Below are positions 59,453-64,000 of a DNA stretch of 64,000 bases, in pieces. Both the position numbers and the translations under genes were made by a program. The notes below the pieces were generated by a model, which ran no database searches, was not told the DNA's origin, and was given only the letters and a program-made list of their open reading frames with translations. Source of the stretch: Acidimicrobiales bacterium (GTDB lineage Bacteria > Actinomycetota > Acidimicrobiia > Acidimicrobiales > Aldehydirespiratoraceae); NCBI GenBank assembly GCA_963422655.1, contig OY730440.1, forward strand, positions 472,550 to 536,549. The letters are read 5' to 3'. Each line of letters opens with the position of its first letter. Within the stretch, counting starts at the first letter, position 1.

Positions 59453-60285
59453 CGTCCGAAGAGATGATCGGCGCGCCGGAAGACCACGAATCCAGCCACC
59501 GGCAGTACGACAGCCCAGGCAATGAACCCGGCCAAGACAAAGGCATCGGCCGGGTGGCCCATCAGGCACCATCGGGCGCAGGTGACCAAGTCGTAAACGG
59601 GGTTCAGGGCGAAGGCCCGTCGCCAGGCTGGGCTGGTGACGAACACGTCGACGCTGAAGATGACGCCCGACACGTAAAACAGCAGCCGAAACACGTGGGG
59701 CAACAACTGGTTGAAGTCGCGCACGGCCGCCCCTATGCGAGCGCTGATGAGGGCGGCGCCGACGTTGAACGAGAACTGACCGGCCAGGACCACAACGAAC
59801 AGGACCCATCGCAGTGCCGGACGCTCTCCGGTTGCCAGCAGGGTGATCAGCACCAGCACCAGCGCGGGAACGAACGCCAAAGTCTGCCCGTTGACAGTGG
59901 AGAGTGGTATCAGGATCCGGGGGAACTGCATGGAGCGGATGAGACTGTGGTTTCGAGGGATGGCAACCCCGGCGTCCTGCATCACCCGCTGGGTCAGATG
60001 GAACATGGCCACTCCCACTACCAAGAACCCGAGAAAGTTGTCAACGCCCCGACGCGTATCGAGCACCACGCCGAAGATCAGGAAGTAGACGCCGATCATC
60101 ATGGCCGGGTTGACGAGGTGCCAGAGCTGCCCCAGCACCGTGTCCATGTTCAGGGCCCGAAGGTCCTGAGCCGGCACAACCACGGCGAACTCCCGCCTCC
60201 GCCAGACGTCACGCAGGTAACTGCCGACACTTTGAGGCTCGGAAAGATCTAGGAGGGGGTGCCGATCTTCGACCATACCTCCCAT
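59449..60285 (-). CDS. wzm: ABC-2 type exporter permease (Wzm-like), copy 2
   Basis: LRDVWRRREFAVVVPAQDLRALNMDTVLGQLWHLVNPAMMIGVYFLIFGVVL with six TM segments. GAGGAG lies 11 nt upstream of ATG 60285. Confidence 0.85.
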   Translation of the reverse strand: MGGMVEDRHPLLDLSEPQSVGSYLRDVWRRREFAVVVPAQDLRALNMDTVLGQLWHLVNPAMMIGVYFLIFGVVLDTRRGVDNFLGFLVVGVAMFHLTQRVMQDAGVAIPRNHSLIRSMQFPRILIPLSTVNGQTLAFVPALVLVLITLLATGERPALRWVLFVVVLAGQFSFNVGAALISARIGAAVRDFNQLLPHVFRLLFYVSGVIFSVDVFVTSPAWRRAFALNPVYDLVTCARWCLMGHPADAFVLAGFIAWAVVLPVAGFVVFRRADHLFGR

Positions 60286-60329
60286 TCTAGGGCGTACTCC
60301 TCAGATGAGAGGTTCTGGAGGAGTGTTGG

Positions 60330-60830
60330 GCTCGGTGCCGGACCAGAAATGCTGCTGGGGGTTAGGGTTCGTTCGTGGTTGGGGATGGCGGGTCAGTTTC
60401 TTGGCGTCGAGGTGGATCGGCTGACCAGGGTGTTTGGGTTGGTCACGTCGGATCAGTTGCCGAGTTTGGTGTGTGTATTGTGCTTTCGGCGTATCCGTTG
60501 GGTGCGCCGGGTGGGTTTGTGGTTTTTGCGAGTGTTGTGTGGGTTTGGTTGGTGTTGGTTGTGGGGGTTGTGGTTTGTGGGTTGGTGAGTTGTATGCCGA
60601 ATGGTAGTTTTTGGTTGGTGTTGGGGTTGTGGTCGCCGGGGTGGATTTTGCAGGTGTTGATGGTGATGTGTTTGGTGGTTTGGCCGGGGTGGAATACGAG
60701 TTTGCCGGTGTTGGTGATGTAGCCGGGTGGGTGGGGGTGGATGCCGGGGTGGTCGGTGTGGGCGTGGCCGGCGTCGGGGTGGCTGGCGTCGCGTGGGCAG
60801 GTGTGTGTTGTTGGTAGCCGTTCGGTGGTT
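60330..60830. other. Zone of extreme strand compositional asymmetry (G+T-rich on + strand, C+A-rich on - strand)
   Basis: Hand counts: 60511-60660 is 134/150 G or T (C=7, A=9). 60541-60590 is 49/50 G or T with no C. 60361-60420 is 47/60 G or T. The zone spans both the 3' half of ORF 60443..61039 and the intergenic DNA down to wzm copy 2. Confidence 0.9.
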
Positions 60831-61039
60831 ACGATTCCTATGGCTGAGCAGCCTTGGTCGGGCCATGTGAGCGGATCCGGGTTCTTGTTTTTACAGTTCC
60901 GGGCTGCTAGCCCGGCCGGGTGGGCGGGCGTGGTGGCCCACTCGACGGTGATGGTCGTGTTTTCGGGGACGGGTCTTGATAGTCGGACCGCGAATCGGAT
61001 GGGCGTGCCTCGGGGTTGTTCTTCACCAGTGACCGACAT
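60443..61039 (-). CDS. Calx-beta-like beta-sandwich protein with aberrant Thr/Pro/Asn/His-rich C-terminal half (possibly decayed)
   Basis: RFAVRLSRPVPENTTITVEWATT ... GKLVFHPGQTTKHITINTCKI ... LPFGIQLTNPQ follows the Calx-beta pattern (h-x-V-x-r ... V-x-Y-x-T ... G-x-L-x-F-x-PG-x-t-x-K-x-I-x-I ... F-x-V-x-L-x-NP). The start lies 9 nt after the stop of the repeat-protein ORF. All three minus frames are open here because T and G are scarce, so an open frame alone is weak evidence. Confidence 0.4.
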   Translation of the reverse strand: MSVTGEEQPRGTPIRFAVRLSRPVPENTTITVEWATTPAHPAGLAARNCKNKNPDPLTWPDQGCSAIGIVTTERLPTTHTCPRDASHPDAGHAHTDHPGIHPHPPGYITNTGKLVFHPGQTTKHITINTCKIHPGDHNPNTNQKLPFGIQLTNPQTTTPTTNTNQTHTTLAKTTNPPGAPNGYAESTIHTPNSATDPT

Positions 61040-61048
61040 CCGGATCGT

Positions 61049-64000
61049 TTAGACTGCGGGCGGGCAGAGTTTCTTGTTTTCTGGGTGGGTGTGTTCTCCG
61101 GTGCGTGGAGCGCGGATCGTTGCCCAGACGATTTCTGTTCGTGTCGTGCTGGTGGTAGAGCAGACCGGTTCTAGGTGATGGTGACATCCGGTGTCGGGGC
61201 TGGTGCTGCCGGTTTGGGGGTATTGGTCACGGTGCTGACCTGACGCACAGTTGTGGTGCCACCGGCCCGGGTTGCCGGGTATTTCTTGTTTGGGGAACGT
61301 TTCGGTGTACACGGGCTGCCAGGGCCCGGTGGAGTGCCCGTAAGAGGTGTACTCGTAGGTTCCGTTGCTGCGGGTCGTGTCGTGACCGCCTGGTGGTGTG
61401 CAGTGGGTTCGGGTCAGAGTAACCCGGCACGTCTGAGGGTCCTTGACGACTTTGCCGGTGCTCGGGTCGCATCTCCACCAGTGAACCGTGTGGGTAGCCC
61501 ACGTCTTGTTCAGGTCGATAATTTGCACAGCGGCTGTGATCGTCACGTCGGGCACCGCGCCGCGTAACACCCATCCCTGCCCTGCCGGGTCCGCGACCCC
61601 TGCCAACACCGGGGGAGCCAAATCCGTTCTAACATATTTGGAGTCAGAGTATTTCACCGCGGGCGGGACCGGTCTCTTGTTGTCGTCGAGCACCGTCGCC
61701 GGTCTAGCCGGACACAAGTCCACCCACCTCCCCGCATCACCCACGTCGATTATTTTGGTTGCCGTGTTCCGGTCGTACACCGCATGCCACGGCCCGGTCG
61801 AGTGCCCATAATAGGTGTACTTGTAGGGTCCGCTGATACGGTGCGTGCCGTGACCGCTCCACGGCACGCAATGGGTTCGGGTCAAAGTCACCCGGCACGT
61901 CTGAGGGTCTTCGACGATCTTGCCGGTACCGGGGTCGCATCTCCACCAGTGAACCGTATGAGTAGCCCACGTATTCGCGTCGTTACGAACATAGGTCGTC
62001 ACCTCACGCGTGACCCGGTCTCTAGCACCTCGCAGCTCCCAGCCCGGCCCGGCCGGTTCCGGCGGGGCTCGTAACGGTTCAGAAACCGCCGCCGCGGTCT
62101 CGTCGGGTTTGGTTTCTGCTGGCCGGGCCCGCTCGATTTGGGTGATCTCGGTCGGTGGAGTCACCGAATGGCACTGGTTCACCCACCTGCCCGGGTCGCC
62201 CTCGTCGATTATCTTGGTGGTTGTGTTCCGCTTGTACACCGGATGCCAGGGCCCGGTCGAGTGCCCGTAAGAGGTGTACTCGTAGATTCCGGTGCCGCGG
62301 GTGTCGCCGTGACCGCCCCACGGCACGCAATGGGTTCGGGTCAAAGTCACCCGACACGTCTGAGGGTCTTTGACGATCTTGCCGGTACCGGGGTCGCATC
62401 GCCACCAGTGAACCGTATGAGTAGCCCACGTACTCGTGTCGTTACGAACATAGGTCGTCACCTCACGCGTGACCCGGTTTCTAGCGTTTTGGAGCTCCCA
62501 GCCCGGCCCGGACGGTTTCGGCGGGGCTCGTAACGGTTCAGAAACCGTCGGGGTGGTCTCGTCGGGTTTGGTTTCTGCTGGCCATGCCCGCACGATTTGG
62601 ATGATCCTGGTCGGTGGGGTCACCGAAGCGCACCGGTGCACCCACACGCCCGGGTCGCCTTTGTCGATCGTTTCGGTTGCCGTGGTCCGGTCATACACCG
62701 CATTCCAGGGCCCGGTCGAGTGCCCGTAAGAGGTGTACTCGTAGACTTCGCTGATACGGTGCGTGCCGTGACCACCTGGTGGTGCGCAGTGGGTTCGGGT
62801 CAGAGTAACCCGACACGTCTGAGGGTCCTCGACGATCTTGCCGGTGGCCGGGTCGCATCGCCACCAGTGAACCGTGTGGGTAGCCCACGTCCGGGACAGA
62901 TCCAACCGGATGGTCGTCACCTCACGGGTGATCTGGTTTCTGGCGTTTCGCAGCACCCAGCCCGGCCCGGACGGTTTCGGCGGGGCTCGTAACGGTTCAG
63001 AAACCGTCGGGGTGGTCTCGTCGGGTTTGGTTTCTGCTGGCCATGCCCGCACGATTTGGATGATCTCGGTTGGTGGGGTCACCGAAGCGCACCGGTGCAC
63101 CCACACGCCCGGATCACCCTTGTCGATTATCTTGGTTATCTTGGTTGCCGTGGTCCGGTCATACACCGCATGCCAGGGCCCGGTCGAGTGCCCGTAAGAG
63201 GTGTACTTGTAGGGTCCGCTGATACGGGTAGCGCCGTGACCGCCCGACGGCGCGCAGTGGGTTCGGGTCAGGTCCACCCGGCACGTCTGAGAGTTCACGA
63301 AGACTTTGCCGGTGGCCCGGTCGCATCGCCACCAGTGAACCCTATGAGTGGCCCACGTCCGGGCCAGGTCCAACCGAAATGTCGTCACCTCACGCGTGAC
63401 CCGGTCTCTAGCACCTCGCAGCACCCAGCCCGGCCCGGCCGGTTTCGGCGGCGGCGCCACCCTGGCTGTCACCGCGTCGGCGGTCTCGATTTTCGACGGT
63501 TCCGGTCCCGGCCGGTACGCGACCGTGACATCAGCGGGGATGTCTTTGGTCCGGCACGCTATCCCGACGTCCAAACCGATGTTCGACCACAACGTGTTGA
63601 CATACTTTTTCGGGGCCGCGCCGATCTTTTTGGGGGTTACCACCGTTTCCCAGGTCACCGCCACCCTGAACCGGGCGTCTCTACCAGTCGGGCCCGCGAA
63701 CTTGGCGTACAAGTTGCCGGTGCACGGCTGTATCCACGCCCAGCGCTTGTCCTCGCGGCACGTGTTGCCGCCCGGCCCGCGAACGTAACGGGCCCCGCCC
63801 CCGTAAGCCGCTACCGTCGCAGCGCCGCCCGACCCGCTGATCCACCACCTCAACTCGACAGGGCGGCTAGACACCGAACCGCAAACACCGGCCCTGTCAA
63901 AAGCAACCGGCACCGCCACTTTCGCGGTCAACGACCGGCCCGTGTCGCCTTTCAGCCCGCCCGCCGGCGAAATGCCCGGCCCGAACCGAGAACCCGACCC
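61049..64000 (-). CDS. Large repeat protein (more than 980 aa, N-terminus outside the window): five tandem Cys/Trp/His-rich 153-156-aa modules of unknown family
   Basis: The ORF-track start at 63931 is a TTG. The frame stays open to 64000 (my translation: GSGSRFGPGISPAGGLKGDTGRS-LTAKVAV...). The core TWATHTVHWWRCDPxTGKxVxDPQTCRVTLTRTHCxPxGGH...YEYTSYGHSTGPW occurs five times. TAA stop at 61049-61051. Confidence 0.75.
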   Translation of the reverse strand, partial: GSGSRFGPGISPAGGLKGDTGRSLTAKVAVPVAFDRAGVCGSVSSRPVELRWWISGSGGAATVAAYGGGARYVRGPGGNTCREDKRWAWIQPCTGNLYAKFAGPTGRDARFRVAVTWETVVTPKKIGAAPKKYVNTLWSNIGLDVGIACRTKDIPADVTVAYRPGPEPSKIETADAVTARVAPPPKPAGPGWVLRGARDRVTREVTTFRLDLARTWATHRVHWWRCDRATGKVFVNSQTCRVDLTRTHCAPSGGHGATRISGPYKYTSYGHSTGPWHAVYDRTTATKITKIIDKGDPGVWVHRCASVTPPTEIIQIVRAWPAETKPDETTPTVSEPLRAPPKPSGPGWVLRNARNQITREVTTIRLDLSRTWATHTVHWWRCDPATGKIVEDPQTCRVTLTRTHCAPPGGHGTHRISEVYEYTSYGHSTGPWNAVYDRTTATETIDKGDPGVWVHRCASVTPPTRIIQIVRAWPAETKPDETTPTVSEPLRAPPKPSGPGWELQNARNRVTREVTTYVRNDTSTWATHTVHWWRCDPGTGKIVKDPQTCRVTLTRTHCVPWGGHGDTRGTGIYEYTSYGHSTGPWHPVYKRNTTTKIIDEGDPGRWVNQCHSVTPPTEITQIERARPAETKPDETAAAVSEPLRAPPEPAGPGWELRGARDRVTREVTTYVRNDANTWATHTVHWWRCDPGTGKIVEDPQTCRVTLTRTHCVPWSGHGTHRISGPYKYTYYGHSTGPWHAVYDRNTATKIIDVGDAGRWVDLCPARPATVLDDNKRPVPPAVKYSDSKYVRTDLAPPVLAGVADPAGQGWVLRGAVPDVTITAAVQIIDLNKTWATHTVHWWRCDPSTGKVVKDPQTCRVTLTRTHCTPPGGHDTTRSNGTYEYTSYGHSTGPWQPVYTETFPKQEIPGNPGRWHHNCASGQHRDQYPQTGSTSPDTGCHHHLEPVCSTTSTTRTEIVWATIRAPRTGEHTHPENKKLCPPAV
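61241..63427 (-). repeat. Tandem array of five 459-468-bp coding repeats
   Basis: The unit marker (ccca + g/t + ccc..., encoding PxG(P/Q)GW) occurs at 61570, 62038, 62497, 62956 and 63424, giving periods of 468, 459, 459 and 468 bp. There is a 110-nt perfect match between 62497-62606 and 62956-63065. Confidence 0.9.

Noticed and set aside
60259-60722. + strand ORFs 60259..60588 and 60375..60722, which look like hydrophobic membrane peptides
   Set aside because: Their V/L/W/G/F-rich sequence is the automatic translation of G+T-rich DNA. There is no RBS or recognisable family, and they overlap the wzm copy 2 start.
60290-61039. A diversity-generating retroelement (VR/TR) as the explanation for the odd 3' end of the Calx-like ORF
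   Set aside because: There is no reverse transcriptase gene in the window. I could find no second copy (template repeat) of the skewed segment. The bias is depletion of G/T on the coding strand rather than adenine-specific variation.

Overview
High-GC (about 70% in core genes by spot hand counts), almost fully coding, actinobacterial-type chromosomal segment. No tools were used: every call rests on motifs read from the supplied translations or my own translations, and most start codons are uncertain. The backbone is housekeeping genes in an order that, from memory, mirrors the Mycobacterium secA1-to-lpdA region: ftsEX, prfB, secA, hpf, comF, ahcY, manA, manB, cofD/cofE, manC, an LCP ligase, birA, acyl-CoA carboxylase alpha and an LpdA-like flavoprotein. 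A very large cell-envelope glycan machinery is interleaved with it. This comprises 13 glycosyltransferases (6 GT2, 4 GT4, 3 GT-C-like) and nucleotide-sugar enzymes for GDP-mannose, GDP-6-deoxyhexoses (gmd, rmd-like, fcl), UDP-xylose (ugd, uxs) and galE. It also includes a polyprenyl-phosphate glycosyl-1-phosphate transferase, an LCP ligase and two separate Wzm/Wzt ABC-2 exporters. Many genes are joined by ATGA/GTGA/TGATG start-stop overlaps. I saw no rRNA, tRNA, CRISPR array, transposase or integrase. The unusual material is at the two edges. The left edge (1-1368) is a lower-GC, decayed islet holding a truncated epimerase gene, an AT-rich stretch, a C20 homopolymer, a frameshifted P-loop ATPase and a small VbhA-like ORF. 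The right edge (60290-64000) is the best candidate for something undescribed. It holds an ORF open at the window edge built from five tandem 153-156-aa Cys/Trp/His-rich repeats that I cannot assign to any family. Next comes a Calx-beta-like ORF whose 3' half lies in a zone of extreme strand asymmetry (89% G+T on the + strand over 150 nt). Both lie upstream of, and on the same strand as, the second Wzm/Wzt exporter. Other notable items are a SpoIID-domain protein with three SLH-type repeats (two copies identical over 152 nt), a tail-anchored single-HKD PLD-like protein inside the manB operon, and a His-motif membrane protein with an 18-bp-repeat acidic tail.
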